From NCBI GenBank assembly GCA_903851235.1, contig CAINNR010000032.1, positions 25-64,024 on the forward strand: a stretch of 64,000 nucleotides of DNA, in the 5' to 3' direction. The notes under the pieces were generated by a model. That model was not told where the DNA came from and did no database searches. It was given only the letters and a program-made list of their open reading frames with translations. Numbering within the stretch: position 1 is the first letter of the stretch; each line of letters starts with the position of its first letter. The DNA comes from an uncultured Candidatus Berkelbacteria bacterium (GTDB lineage: Bacteria; Patescibacteriota; UBA1384; XYA2-FULL-43-10; CAINNR01). Both the position numbers and the translations under genes were made by a program. Shown in pieces: positions 1 to 9,513 of the stretch.

Positions 1-2121
1 AGCGGTTCCGCTTGCTCCCTCAGTTGTTCCACCGGAGCAGAATCCACCTATACAAAGCGGATTGTGAAAACAAAATGACCCAATGCAAATAGTTGGAGGA
101 ATCGGTTTACAACTGTCACCAGTGCAAGCTTTGCAATTATCACCGACACAAATTTTACAGATGTTTGGGTCAGTGCATTTGCAAGCTTCACCAATGCAAA
201 CACATTTATCGCCGGTGCATTGGCAAGCGTCTCCGACGCAAGGCTTGCAGGCATCACCAGAGCAAGGTTTGCAACTTTCACCGGTGCAAATTTGGCAACT
301 ATCCGGATTACTGCAAGCGCACTCCGGTCCGCTGCATTGGCATTTATCACCAGTGCAGGCGCAATCACTACCAATACAAACCGGTGAACAACTTGAGCCG
401 GTGCAAACCGGTGGTGTTGGCGGCGTTATCGGTGGGACAACCGGTGGTGTTGGCGGACAGGCTGAACAGCCCAAAGTACCACAATGATTCAAACAATATG
501 CTGGTGGAAAAACCCAGGCAACGGTCACCGTGGCTGAAACGCTTTTACCACAGGAACTGGCAGTTACGGTGTATATTCCGGGCAACGCCGGAGCAACAAA
601 CCTGGCAGTGTCATTACCATTATCAACAATCGTTCCACCAGAAGCCGACCAAGCAATTGTCGCATTTGTAATTCTTGTTCCGTCATTGGCGTACAATTTA
701 GCGGAAAAAGTTGTGCCGGAGTTTGGCGTTAGATAAATACTGGAGGGTGAAATTGTTAAATGATTGGCGCTGGCACAAACATCCGGTGGGGTTGGTGGAA
801 CAACCGGTGGGGTTGGTGGTGTGACCGGACATGCGGAACAACTGCCGCCACAGTCTACACCGGTCTCGCTACCATTTTGAATCCTATCAGAACAGGTTGG
901 AGGCGTTGGTGGACAAGCCGGACAACTTCCGCCACAATCAACACCGGTCTCAGAACCATTCTGGATCCCATCACTACAAGTTGGCGGCGTTGGTGGACAA
1001 GCCGGACAACTTCCGCCACAGTCAACACCGGTCTCAGAACCATTCTGGATCCCATCACTACAAGTTGGCGGCGTTGGTGGACAAGCCGGACAACTTCCGC
1101 CACAATCGACTCCAGTTTCATCTTGGTTTTGAATCCCGTCAGAACAGGTGGCAGGTGGAGAATTGTTTGTGGTGTAGTAAACTGTGTAACTGAGTATTGC
1201 GGGGCTTGCGATACCGTCAGCAGTGCTCAAAGTTGAACGCACTTGTAGATATCGATGGCTAGCATCAGCATTTAAACTACTCAAATCTAGTGCGGTACCG
1301 GAATAATCTTGCGGCCCAGTCCATGAAGACCAATTTGTATTTCCGTCGCCACTTCGAAACTCATAAGTGTTGGTGGTGTTGGCGTTACCACTGTTTTGGT
1401 TATGGTCTATTTCATATGGTGAAAAGTTGTCCCAAGAAGTCAGGTCTACAGTTCCATCAATTTGTGTTGGGGCAGAGACGTGGGTACCGATTGTGCCACC
1501 TGAAGCCTGAATTTCAAAAAGTTGATCCATATAATTATATGAATCACCAAAAACAGTGCCGGTAAATCTTAAATATCGTGCGTTAACTGCTGCAAAATCA
1601 AATGTCCACCAAGGAGGTGAGACAATACCAGATCCACCGGCTTGACCACGCTCTGTATAAACGACACCGTCTTCAGAAGTGTAATCATATAATTGTCCTG
1701 ATGTGACATTTATATAATTTTTTATTTCGCTTATTTGGAAGACCTGACCAAGGTCCATTGTCCATGTTATTGTTCCTGAATGAACTGGGCCAATGCCATA
1801 TGGTGTCGAGACGTCTCCATCAATTGCCAGTTCAGGGTTTGGCCAATCGCCAACAAGTCTTGAGGGGTCTTGTTGATATATCGACCATAGGTCAATGTGT
1901 GTGGCAACGGGATCAATTGTAATAGTTCCATTATTAGTTATCACGTCGCTTTTAGTACCTGCATCCCAATCGGCCTGAGTAGTAAGTGTCGTTGAGTTTG
2001 AGGCTGCTTTTATTTCTTTGTTTGGATTAATCCGATTGTATGAAACAAAATAAAAAAGTGCCAAAAAAACAACAACCACAAAAACTACCAACACGTTTTT
2101 TGAAAGTAAAGCCCTCTTCAT
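1..2121 (-). CDS. Large secreted/surface protein with Cys-rich repeats (C-terminal part runs off the window; missing from ORF track)
   Basis: ATG at 2121 (MKRALLSKNVLVVFVVVVFLALFYF.. hydrophobic anchor). The same frame is open where checked at 1141-1260 and ~85-90. It has discoidin/F5/8-like motifs (WTMDLGQVFQISEIK, ARYLRFT), TCSDGIQNGSETGVDCGGSCPACPPTPP repeats and CxGxxC repeats. Confidence 0.8.
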   Translation of the reverse strand, partial: MKRALLSKNVLVVFVVVVFLALFYFVSYNRINPNKEIKAASNSTTLTTQADWDAGTKSDVITNNGTITIDPVATHIDLWSIYQQDPSRLVGDWPNPELAIDGDVSTPYGIGPVHSGTITWTMDLGQVFQISEIKNYINVTSGQLYDYTSEDGVVYTERGQAGGSGIVSPPWWTFDFAAVNARYLRFTGTVFGDSYNYMDQLFEIQASGGTIGTHVSAPTQIDGTVDLTSWDNFSPYEIDHNQNSGNANTTNTYEFRSGDGNTNWSSWTGPQDYSGTALDLSSLNADASHRYLQVRSTLSTADGIASPAILSYTVYYTTNNSPPATCSDGIQNQDETGVDCGGSCPACPPTPPTCSDGIQNGSETGVDCGGSCPACPPTPPTCSDGIQNGSETGVDCGGSCPACPPTPPTCSDRIQNGSETGVDCGGSCSACPVTPPTPPVVPPTPPDVCASANHLTISPSSIYLTPNSGTTFSAKLYANDGTRITNATIAWSASGGTIVDNGNDTARFVAPALPGIYTVTASSCGKSVSATVTVAWVFPPAYCLNHCGTLGCSACPPTPPVVPPITPPTPPVCTGSSCSPVCIGSDCACTGDKCQCSGPECACSNPDSCQICTGESCKPCSGDACKPCVGDACQCTGDKCVCIGEACKCTDPNICKICVGDNCKACTGDSCKPIPPTICIGSFCFHNPLCIGGFCSGGTTEGASGTA
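830..1150 (-). repeat. 84-bp coding tandem repeat, ~4 copies (28-aa Cys/Pro-rich unit)
   Basis: Near-identical units ccgccaca(a/g)tcaacaccggtctcagaaccattctggatcccatcactacaagttggcggcgttggtggacaagccggacaactt. Confidence 0.9.
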
Positions 2122-2192
2122 AATCAATTTTTTATTACTAATATAAGTATAACAAAATTCAAGATCAACCGCTACTTTGTAAAAATAGAATT

Positions 2193-2218
2193 AAAAAAGG
2201 GCTCTCTCGTGAGAGCCC
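2193..2218 (-). terminator. Intrinsic terminator
   Basis: gggctctc-tcgt-gagagccc stem with an A-tract on the left (U-tract on minus strand), just after the stop of 2225..3223. Confidence 0.75.
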
Positions 2219-2224
2219 AAATGT

Positions 2225-3223
2225 TCAACCGATCACCCTGATCGGTACTACTCCCTGTGGAGCGAATGGTAGCTCCTTAACAGGGATTATTGTGTAGAGC
2301 CAAGGGCCGGGACCCGCCACAAGTTGGATGGTTGGGGTGGCGGTTACGATTGTTTCGACCTGACCGACTCGCAACTTTACTCCGGGTCGAACGGTCTGCC
2401 TAACATCACCGTCGACCAAGAGTTGTTTTTTCCCAAAACGTGACATTTTGGACGTTTCCTTCAATTCCGCCTGAGTCTTCTCGGCCTTGGCAGAAGAGAT
2501 TGTCCATGTCCCGTTTTCGTTCGTTGCGATGACAGTGCCTTGCCCCGCCGGGATGGCGGTACCGAGCATGGAAAACACAGGAGTCTGTTGGCTTGGAGTC
2601 CAGACCTGTACGGTGCCATTACTGGCAGTCACAGCCCAGCTCTGGTACAAGTACTTGTCTCTAGGCGCGAATTCCAGCTCTAACCGATTCTCGAACCGTC
2701 CGCTGGTGGCAAGTGACCGCCACATGCGTTTTGGCGACCAGATGTCGTTCGCACGGCCGGCGACTTCGGCGTAGGGAATTACCACTTGACGCCATTCGTC
2801 TTTGTTGTCGGCGCCGAAAGTGGAATCCATACTGTGATCGGTGTTATCGCCACGGACGATGAGACCGTCGTGGCGAACCTCGGCAACGCGTTTGACTGCC
2901 CAGCCGAGAGTCTGCCCTCGGAGGGCAACCAGGTCGTTGACCCGAAGTTGCTTCGCCGGATCGGTGAGCCGTTCCATGTGGAAGTTGCCACCGATCAGTG
3001 GCAGTGTTGGCTGCATCGACGGTCCAAAGACGGGGTGGTAACCCCAGATCATCGGGATCGTTGCAAACAACCCGAGGGCAACCATTCCTCCCAGGATCAG
3101 GAATGCCAGCCACATTACGATGCGGCCGACGATGTGGGCCGACAAGTCGGCCTGCCACCATGGAACCGTCGTTCGGACAGGTCGACGCAGAACTTCGGTT
3201 CCGGCGTGTGCAAAGATAGCCAT
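2225..3223 (-). CDS. Peptidase S26/S24 (signal peptidase I-like) family membrane protein
   Basis: TM helix followed by GPSMQPTL (catalytic Ser), VKRV (catalytic Lys) and RGDN..S.DS motifs; GC-richer than the flanks. Confidence 0.75.
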   Translation of the reverse strand: MAIFAHAGTEVLRRPVRTTVPWWQADLSAHIVGRIVMWLAFLILGGMVALGLFATIPMIWGYHPVFGPSMQPTLPLIGGNFHMERLTDPAKQLRVNDLVALRGQTLGWAVKRVAEVRHDGLIVRGDNTDHSMDSTFGADNKDEWRQVVIPYAEVAGRANDIWSPKRMWRSLATSGRFENRLELEFAPRDKYLYQSWAVTASNGTVQVWTPSQQTPVFSMLGTAIPAGQGTVIATNENGTWTISSAKAEKTQAELKETSKMSRFGKKQLLVDGDVRQTVRPGVKLRVGQVETIVTATPTIQLVAGPGPWLYTIIPVKELPFAPQGVVPIRVIG

Positions 3224-3308
3224 CAGAAACAGCCTCCGTGCCCGTGTTGGGCGGGTTTTGTGTTTGGAAAAGTGCGGTTTTGATAACGCCTGCGCATTTG
3301 CGCGGGTG

Positions 3309-3413
3309 CTACCTAACCCAAGGATTTTCGGTTTTTAGGCTGAAAACTGCTTGGATTAAGTACAAATCGTTACGCTTGCATTATAGCATACTTTTAAAAA
3401 AAAGTCAATGAGT
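3309..3413 (-). promoter_or_regulatory. Sigma70 promoter plus conserved 48-nt leader, copy 1
   Basis: Minus strand TTGACT-17-TATAAT with extended TG; 3309-3356 is identical to 4169-4216. Confidence 0.75.
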
Positions 3414-3905
3414 TTTCTCTTGAATTTTCTTCACCATCTTAATACTGTAGTCTCTGAAATCATTTTTTAAATAAAAGTTGATGGCATTTTTATTAAATGC
3501 GTGGACGAGAACAATTAAATTATTAATTCCTTTTTTCTTTGCCCAATTCTGAGTATTTTCTATTAACATTGTCCCAACGCCCTGGCGGGAAAAATCTTTC
3601 GAAACCGACATTTCTTCAACTGAAACACGATTATAGGGGTGAGTCCAATCGTCTCCGTCATCTTTTTCTATAATTGCATAAAGTATGCCGACAACTTTTT
3701 CATCAATTTCGGCAACTAAAAGAAGAGCGTTTTTGTCCTCTGTAATATTTAGAAATGTTCCTTTTGGAAGTGTTGGGATTGGCGGATTTTTGTAATCATT
3801 GGAAATGTTTTTGCTGTAAAGCTTATAATTTTGTTGATATAAAAAATCAACAGATTGAAAATCTGTTTCAACTGCTTTTCTGATTTTGATATTTTCTATT
3901 GTCAT
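3405..3905 (-). CDS. GNAT family N-acetyltransferase
   Basis: IRKA N-terminus, SRQGVGTML acetyl-CoA motif A, NKNAINFYLKNDF motif B; start placed at MTIENIK because the track start lies inside an upstream hairpin. Confidence 0.85.
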   Translation of the reverse strand: MTIENIKIRKAVETDFQSVDFLYQQNYKLYSKNISNDYKNPPIPTLPKGTFLNITEDKNALLLVAEIDEKVVGILYAIIEKDDGDDWTHPYNRVSVEEMSVSKDFSRQGVGTMLIENTQNWAKKKGINNLIVLVHAFNKNAINFYLKNDFRDYSIKMVKKIQEKTH

Positions 3906-3920
3906 TTTATTGTATTGTTC

Positions 3921-3953
3921 TGCCGGTGGACGCTTTAAGGCGTCCACCGGCAG
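3921..3953. terminator. Strong GC hairpin between the small ORF and the GNAT gene
   Basis: tgccggtggacgc-tttaag-gcgtccaccggca 13-bp inverted repeat. Confidence 0.55.
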
Positions 3954-3970
3954 ACTGATGTTCTCCGCCT

Positions 3971-4111
3971 CTACTTCTTGAACTTTTCCGGTTTGTAGCT
4001 CTCCTTCGTCGGGCCGGGCTTATTCCCGGGACCCCTCGGCACCTTGGTCTGGTGCTTGTCGCGGGTGCTTTTGGGGTTGCCTGTCGACTGCTTCTTCCGA
4101 TCGTGAGTCAT
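3971..4111 (-). CDS. Small basic 46-aa protein MTHDRKKQSTGNPKSTRDKHQTKVPRGPGNKPGPTKESYKPEKFKK (below track cutoff)
   Basis: Translated by hand; AAGAAAGG SD upstream of the ATG, own promoter at ~4240-4270, hairpin downstream. Confidence 0.6.
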   Translation of the reverse strand: MTHDRKKQSTGNPKSTRDKHQTKVPRGPGNKPGPTKESYKPEKFKK

Positions 4112-4168
4112 GTTCGACACAACCTTTCTTGACGTCTGCGACAGGTCGGTTGGTGCTCGGAAGCGATC

Positions 4169-4274
4169 CTACCTAACCCAAGGATTTTCGGTTTTTAGGC
4201 TGAAAACTGCTTGGATCAGGCTTAAATCATTAACTCCTCCAGTATAGCACACTTCTTGCAAAAAGTCAATGAGT
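4169..4274 (-). promoter_or_regulatory. Sigma70 promoter plus conserved 48-nt leader, copy 2
   Basis: Minus strand TTGACT-17-TATACT; 4169-4216 is identical to 3309-3356. Confidence 0.75.
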
Positions 4275-4601
4275 CTGTATATATTTTTATCGCTCTGACA
4301 TTTTTTCTATTACTATTATATCAAATCCCCTACAGATTATCCCTTTGATCCATTAGTAAATAGTAATAGAGCAAAGGAGTAAATCGTAAAGCGGGCAAAA
4401 ATTATAAAAAAAATGAAAAAAACGGGAATTACCGAGTCAAGTAGTTAGAACAGGTAACTTTAGTCGGGGTGTTGCATGATTCATAAGTTCTCCGGGGATT
4501 CGAGACGATCGACTCCCCTTTTTTTATTGCCAAAAACAACGGAATGAGATAAATTTAAATTAGGTTCCCGCCTTCGCGGGAATGACAGTTAAGGAGAAAC
4601 C

Positions 4602-5321
4602 ATGTCAGGACATTCAAAGTGGGCGACAACTAAACATAAAAAGGCGATTATTGATGCCAAGAGGTCGGCTTCTTTTACCAAATTGGCGAACATCGTCACT
4701 ATCGCCGCTAGAAACGGTGGTGATCCGATTTTAAATTTTGCGTTGCGGTTGGCGATTGATCGGGCAAAAGCCGCTTCAATGCCGAAGGAAAATATTGACA
4801 GGGCGATCAAACGAGGAACCGGCGAAATTGCTGGTATGGCGATCGAAGAGATTATTTATGAAGGTTACGGTCCAGGTGGTGTGGCAATATTGGTTCAGTG
4901 TTTAAGCGATAATCGCCAACGAACGGTCGGAAATGTTCGAGCGGCATTCAGCAAATTTGGCGGATCTTTAGCCGAGGCCGGTAGTGTTGCCTATCTGTTT
5001 GAGAAAAAAGGCCAAATTCTTATCAATCAATCGGAAAATAGTTTATCGGCTGATCAGTTAGAGGAGTTAACTATCGAATCTGCTGCTGATGATTTTCAAA
5101 TAGAAGACGAAAACATCATCATTTATACTTCCGTTTCCGATTTACAATCCGTTTCAAAATTTCTGACCGATGCCGGCGCAAAAATATCATCATCGGAACT
5201 AACTTATTTGCCAAAAACAACTGTTACGGTTCCGGAGGACAAATTAGTGTCATTGGGAAAACTTCTTGATCTACTTGAGGCTGACGATGATGTGACTAAT
5301 GTTTATTCGAATATCGAATAA
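4602..5321 (+). CDS. yebC: YebC/PmpR family protein
   Basis: MSGHSKWATTKHKK, YEGYGPGG; upstream of ruvC. Confidence 0.97.
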   Translation: MSGHSKWATTKHKKAIIDAKRSASFTKLANIVTIAARNGGDPILNFALRLAIDRAKAASMPKENIDRAIKRGTGEIAGMAIEEIIYEGYGPGGVAILVQCLSDNRQRTVGNVRAAFSKFGGSLAEAGSVAYLFEKKGQILINQSENSLSADQLEELTIESAADDFQIEDENIIIYTSVSDLQSVSKFLTDAGAKISSSELTYLPKTTVTVPEDKLVSLGKLLDLLEADDDVTNVYSNIE

Positions 5322-5363
5322 TTTTTTAGCTCAAAAGATAAATTTGAACTTTAATTTACAGTT

Positions 5364-5855
5364 ATGAAAATTCTTGGCATTGACCCTGGTACGGCGATTG
5401 TTGGTTGGGGAATGATTGAAACTAGCGGCCGGAAGATCGGGAATACAGTTGTTCCGAAGGTTTTGAGTTGTGGAGTTATCACAACCAAATCGGGAACTCC
5501 TGACGCCGATCGGCTGGAGATTATTTTTGATTCCATTTCTGATATAATAAAAGGCGGGAAGCCAGATTCTGTCGCCGTCGAGCAATTATTCTTTTTTAAG
5601 AATCAGAAAACCATTATGACGGTTTCTCAAAGTCGAGGCGCGATTATCCTGGCGGTCAGAAAATCCAGGACGCCGATGTTTGAATTTACGCCGCTTCAAG
5701 TCAAACAAGCGGTTTGCGGTTATGGGCGGGCCGACAAAAATCAAGTTCAGGAGATGGTGAAGGCATTATTACATTTAAAAGAAATTCCCAAACCGGATGA
5801 CGCCGCCGATGCATTGGCAATAGCGCTGTGCTGTGCACAAACAGGAAAATTTTAG
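5364..5855 (+). CDS. ruvC: Holliday junction resolvase RuvC
   Basis: ILGIDPG, AVEQLFF, PDDAADALAIA. Confidence 0.97.
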   Translation: MKILGIDPGTAIVGWGMIETSGRKIGNTVVPKVLSCGVITTKSGTPDADRLEIIFDSISDIIKGGKPDSVAVEQLFFFKNQKTIMTVSQSRGAIILAVRKSRTPMFEFTPLQVKQAVCGYGRADKNQVQEMVKALLHLKEIPKPDDAADALAIALCCAQTGKF

Positions 5856-5913
5856 ATATTAATTTCTATTTCTAAACTGTTTGGAAGAAAAATATATTCT
5901 AATTTTTATAGTC

Positions 5914-6936
5914 ATGTCTCTAATCGATATCAACAAGCGGATGCAAGAAGAGAGCGGTTTTATTCCGCCGATTTTGCGTCAAAATATTATTACTGGAGAC
6001 TGGATTGTTATTGCCCCCGGCCGTTCTCGCCGGCCGGATGATTTTATCCATCCGAAAATGGAAGCGACAAAATCTAGCGGTAAGTGCCCGTTTTGTGTCG
6101 GCTCCAAGGGTTATAAGGAAAATGAAATAGTTGTAAACCATGGAGATATTTACGTTATTGAAAATAAATTTCCGGCTTTTTACGAAAAACGTTCGGCAAC
6201 CAGAAGTTATTATCCCGAAGACGCTTTCTATCGCGAACGTCCATCAGTTGGTCAACATGAGGTTGTAATCATCAAAGATCACGACACCGGTCTAACGAAG
6301 CTCTCAAAGAGCTTGACTTCGGAAATGTTTTGGATTATTCTAGAGCGGTACCGGAAAATGAAAGAGGACGACCAGGTTGTCTCGATTACGGCGATTTACA
6401 ATCACGGTCCGGAGGCTGGAGCTTCGATTGATCATCCACATGCACAGATTTTCGCTTCGGGGATCGTTGCCAATACAGTCAATCGAGAAATGGATGGTGC
6501 TGAAAGATATTTCGGCATCAATGGTGTTTGTGTTTACTGCGACATAATCAAACATGAACGGAGTGAAAAATCGCGAATAGTCTATCAAAATGATTATTTT
6601 CTAGCTTTTGCGCCTTTTGCTTCGCGTTATCCGTTCGAGACGTGGGTCATTCCCAAGCGTCACCAGAGCCAATTTGAAAACTCATCGCGGAATGAAATTG
6701 ATGAATTTGCCGATGCGGCGACCGAAGTCTTGCACCGATTGGAAAAAGTCTTACCTGGGTTGTCGCTTAACATGTATGTTCGAACTTTGCCGGTCATAAT
6801 GAACGACTGTGGCTATTATCACTGGTATTTGGAAATTGCGCCGCGCCTGACAACTTTTGGCGGTTTTGAAATGGGTTCGGGTGTTATTATCAACATTGTT
6901 CCGCCGGAAAAAGCGGCCGAATATTTAAAAAAATAA
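5914..6936 (+). CDS. galT: Galactose-1-phosphate uridylyltransferase family protein
   Basis: RSRRP, CPFC, NKFPA, GASIDHPHAQ (HPH catalytic motif). Confidence 0.9.
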   Translation: MSLIDINKRMQEESGFIPPILRQNIITGDWIVIAPGRSRRPDDFIHPKMEATKSSGKCPFCVGSKGYKENEIVVNHGDIYVIENKFPAFYEKRSATRSYYPEDAFYRERPSVGQHEVVIIKDHDTGLTKLSKSLTSEMFWIILERYRKMKEDDQVVSITAIYNHGPEAGASIDHPHAQIFASGIVANTVNREMDGAERYFGINGVCVYCDIIKHERSEKSRIVYQNDYFLAFAPFASRYPFETWVIPKRHQSQFENSSRNEIDEFADAATEVLHRLEKVLPGLSLNMYVRTLPVIMNDCGYYHWYLEIAPRLTTFGGFEMGSGVIINIVPPEKAAEYLKK

Positions 6937-6939
6937 ATC

Positions 6940-8214
6940 ATGAAAATACTACAACTTCTATGCGTTCCTCTTTACGGGACCGGAAGTGGAACTTACGTTA
7001 GAAAGCTCTCTGAACGTTTGGTAAAAAGCGGCCACCAAGTCGCAATCGTCACTCCGGATAATCGCGAACTTAAAAAAATAAAGATCTATGAAGTAAAATT
7101 GCCTTTTATGGCGACTTTTCTCGGTCAACCGGAACATCCTGAGGCGAAGCTTTACTCCAAGCTTTCCGGCGAAGAGCTTAATGATGTCCAAACGGCTTTC
7201 GAGTCATCAATTATCAAAGCGGTTGAGGATTTCAGGCCCGATGTTATCCATGTTCATCATGCTGCCAATTTGAGTTGGATCGCAAATTATCTAAAATCGG
7301 TTTATCAAATTCATTATATTATTACCTCTCATAACACTGATGTGATTAATGCAATTCTTGACAAAAGATATATACCGATGACCCAAGACGCTCTAAATCG
7401 GGCAGATGTAATTACGGCGGTTTCAAAAAACACTAAAGATCGGTTGTTGAAAATCTTTGGCAAAGGATTGCCAAAGATGAAATCAAAAACCAAGGTAATC
7501 TCTTGCGGTGTCGACACGAAATTTTATCCATCAAGAGGCAGCGTTGATTTGGCGAATGAAAAATTCAATCTGAAAGGAAAAAAAGTTATTCTTTATTCCG
7601 GCCGAGTAAATATCGTGAAAGGCGTCGGCATATTAATAAAAACGGCAAAATTGTTTCCGGAGATAGCCTTTGTTATTATGGGCAACGGTGAAGATTTGGA
7701 TCAACTAAAACAGTTGGTCAAAGAAATTGGCGTCAAGAATATTATTTTTACCGGTTATCTTGGCCCTGACGATCAAAATTTGATGTGCCAATTATACCGT
7801 CGAGCTGATATTGTCGCCGTTCCATCAATTATTGTTGAAGGTGTTCCACTCTCGGCGCTTGAAGCGATGTCCTCCGGCGCTTTGGTAATTGCCAGTAATA
7901 TCGGCGGAATCCCGACAGCTATCTCCAATTTAAAAAACGGAATTCTGGTTAAACCTAAAAGTGTTAGCGCCTTGGCCGAAGCGATAAAATTCGCATATAA
8001 CAATCCGAGAAAAGTTAAAAAAATGGTTTTGAAAGCTAGAAATGATGTCAAAACAAAGTTTGATTGGAAGGTAATTTCTAAAAAATTTGAACACGCATAT
8101 AATGTTGCTTTCCAGAGAGGATTAAAGAATCGCCTGACAAAGAAACCGTCATTTGTCAGCGAAGAGGAGTATATGGAAAGCAAGGAGTACGCAAAACAAA
8201 AAATTAAACTCTAG
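6940..8214 (+). CDS. Glycosyltransferase family 4
   Basis: GT-B fold motifs; EGVPLSALEAMSSG, SNIGGIP. Confidence 0.9.
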   Translation: MKILQLLCVPLYGTGSGTYVRKLSERLVKSGHQVAIVTPDNRELKKIKIYEVKLPFMATFLGQPEHPEAKLYSKLSGEELNDVQTAFESSIIKAVEDFRPDVIHVHHAANLSWIANYLKSVYQIHYIITSHNTDVINAILDKRYIPMTQDALNRADVITAVSKNTKDRLLKIFGKGLPKMKSKTKVISCGVDTKFYPSRGSVDLANEKFNLKGKKVILYSGRVNIVKGVGILIKTAKLFPEIAFVIMGNGEDLDQLKQLVKEIGVKNIIFTGYLGPDDQNLMCQLYRRADIVAVPSIIVEGVPLSALEAMSSGALVIASNIGGIPTAISNLKNGILVKPKSVSALAEAIKFAYNNPRKVKKMVLKARNDVKTKFDWKVISKKFEHAYNVAFQRGLKNRLTKKPSFVSEEEYMESKEYAKQKIKL

Positions 8215-8223
8215 GAGGATTGA

Positions 8224-9096
8224 ATGCCGGAACAAATATCTCCCGGTGAAATTGGCCTTTGTCCGCACGGCAGATTGCCGGGGATTTGCAAGGAATGTCT
8301 GGCGACTGACGAAGGAAAAAATCAGCAAACGGAGATTAGAGAATTGGCGAAGGCAATCGGCTCTGAAAAAGCAAAGGAACTCTGGAAAAGTTTGGAAGAT
8401 GAAGGTAAGGATCCTAAAGAATATATTTATGATATGGCTATGGTTTTGGGTGCCGGCTTTCGCGAAGCCAATGAACACCTGAATAAGGAATTTCGCATGA
8501 GATTGATTGCCGCCGCTCAAATGTATATTGAGGGCCGAGTCAGAGTCATTTGTTTAACCGGTGGCATGGGGAGTGAAAAATGGCAACATCTCGGTGCCTT
8601 GTCCGAAGTAGCAAAAAAATACTTAGTTACAAAATTCGGAATTCCAGCGGAAGATATTATCCTCGAAAACAGGTCTGATGCGACTCATGGAAATTTAGCT
8701 CTCGGTCTCCGAGAAGTCTACAAAGAAGATATTCCGGTTGGCAAATTTGCCATTATCTCGACCAATTATCACCTAAATCGTGCCAGAGAAATGGCCAAAG
8801 CAATGGGAATTAAAACCGATTTAGTGCCAGCCGAATCGCAACTCTTGCATCGCAGTCCGCATTACCGCAAGTTTGTTGAGAATTGGTTAGTGAAGGCGCA
8901 AAATGCCGGTATGGAAGAAAATGAGGTTGATAAACTTCAAGACGAAGAGTATTGGGCTGAGCGCAGAGCGGTTTTTGAAACTCCGCTTGATCAGGAACCG
9001 CCACATGTCGATGTTTCGGCAACGATTGCCAAAACGGCGACAAAATTGTCGCAAGCCGGCGGTGAAACCAAAGGAATCCAAACTGATGCGTTTTGA
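8224..9096 (+). CDS. YdcF/DUF218 family protein
   Basis: VLGAG, LTGG, ILENRS..THGN, STNYHLNRA. Confidence 0.8.
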   Translation: MPEQISPGEIGLCPHGRLPGICKECLATDEGKNQQTEIRELAKAIGSEKAKELWKSLEDEGKDPKEYIYDMAMVLGAGFREANEHLNKEFRMRLIAAAQMYIEGRVRVICLTGGMGSEKWQHLGALSEVAKKYLVTKFGIPAEDIILENRSDATHGNLALGLREVYKEDIPVGKFAIISTNYHLNRAREMAKAMGIKTDLVPAESQLLHRSPHYRKFVENWLVKAQNAGMEENEVDKLQDEEYWAERRAVFETPLDQEPPHVDVSATIAKTATKLSQAGGETKGIQTDAF

Positions 9097-9163
9097 ATTA
9101 TTTGATTTCTATTTTGGAAAAGTATATTTTATAATAAATAAGAATTAATTTTTGGAGGCGAAA

Positions 9164-9493
9164 ATGAGCGAGCTTGAAGGAGATTTTAAATCTGAGGAAG
9201 AGCGACAAGCGGCACGGGATATGGAGATCAAAAAAAGAGAAGCACAAGCAGGAAGGATGAATCGGAGAAATCTTCGCCACATGGAGCATTTTATCGACAG
9301 AGAAGTAATAGAGAACAACATACCCGGGGTGGCAAATGCGACGGAATCTGACGCGGCTCGTCAAATAGGCACAGAGTTAAAGGAGGTCAACGATCTGAAA
9401 ATTGATAATACTGAAGTTGATGTAGCTCGTCAAGATGCAATAGCTGAAGAAAGGCTGAGAAAAGAAAGAGTTGGATTCGATCCAAGCAAATAG
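9164..9493 (+). CDS. Hypothetical charged protein
   Basis: GGAGG SD before ATG 9164; highly charged, helical composition. Confidence 0.6.
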   Translation: MSELEGDFKSEEERQAARDMEIKKREAQAGRMNRRNLRHMEHFIDREVIENNIPGVANATESDAARQIGTELKEVNDLKIDNTEVDVARQDAIAEERLRKERVGFDPSK

Positions 9494-9513
9494 TATCTTA
9501 TCGGATCAATCCA

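Noticed and set aside
48-1565. Track ORFs such as 83..487, 93..671, 760..1236 and 831..1193
   Set aside because: They are shadows of the repetitive minus-strand surface protein gene (1..2121).
4562-4587. ttcccgccttcgcgggaatgac palindrome upstream of yebC
   Set aside because: It resembles a common REP-like palindrome but is a single copy here; nothing further is supportable.
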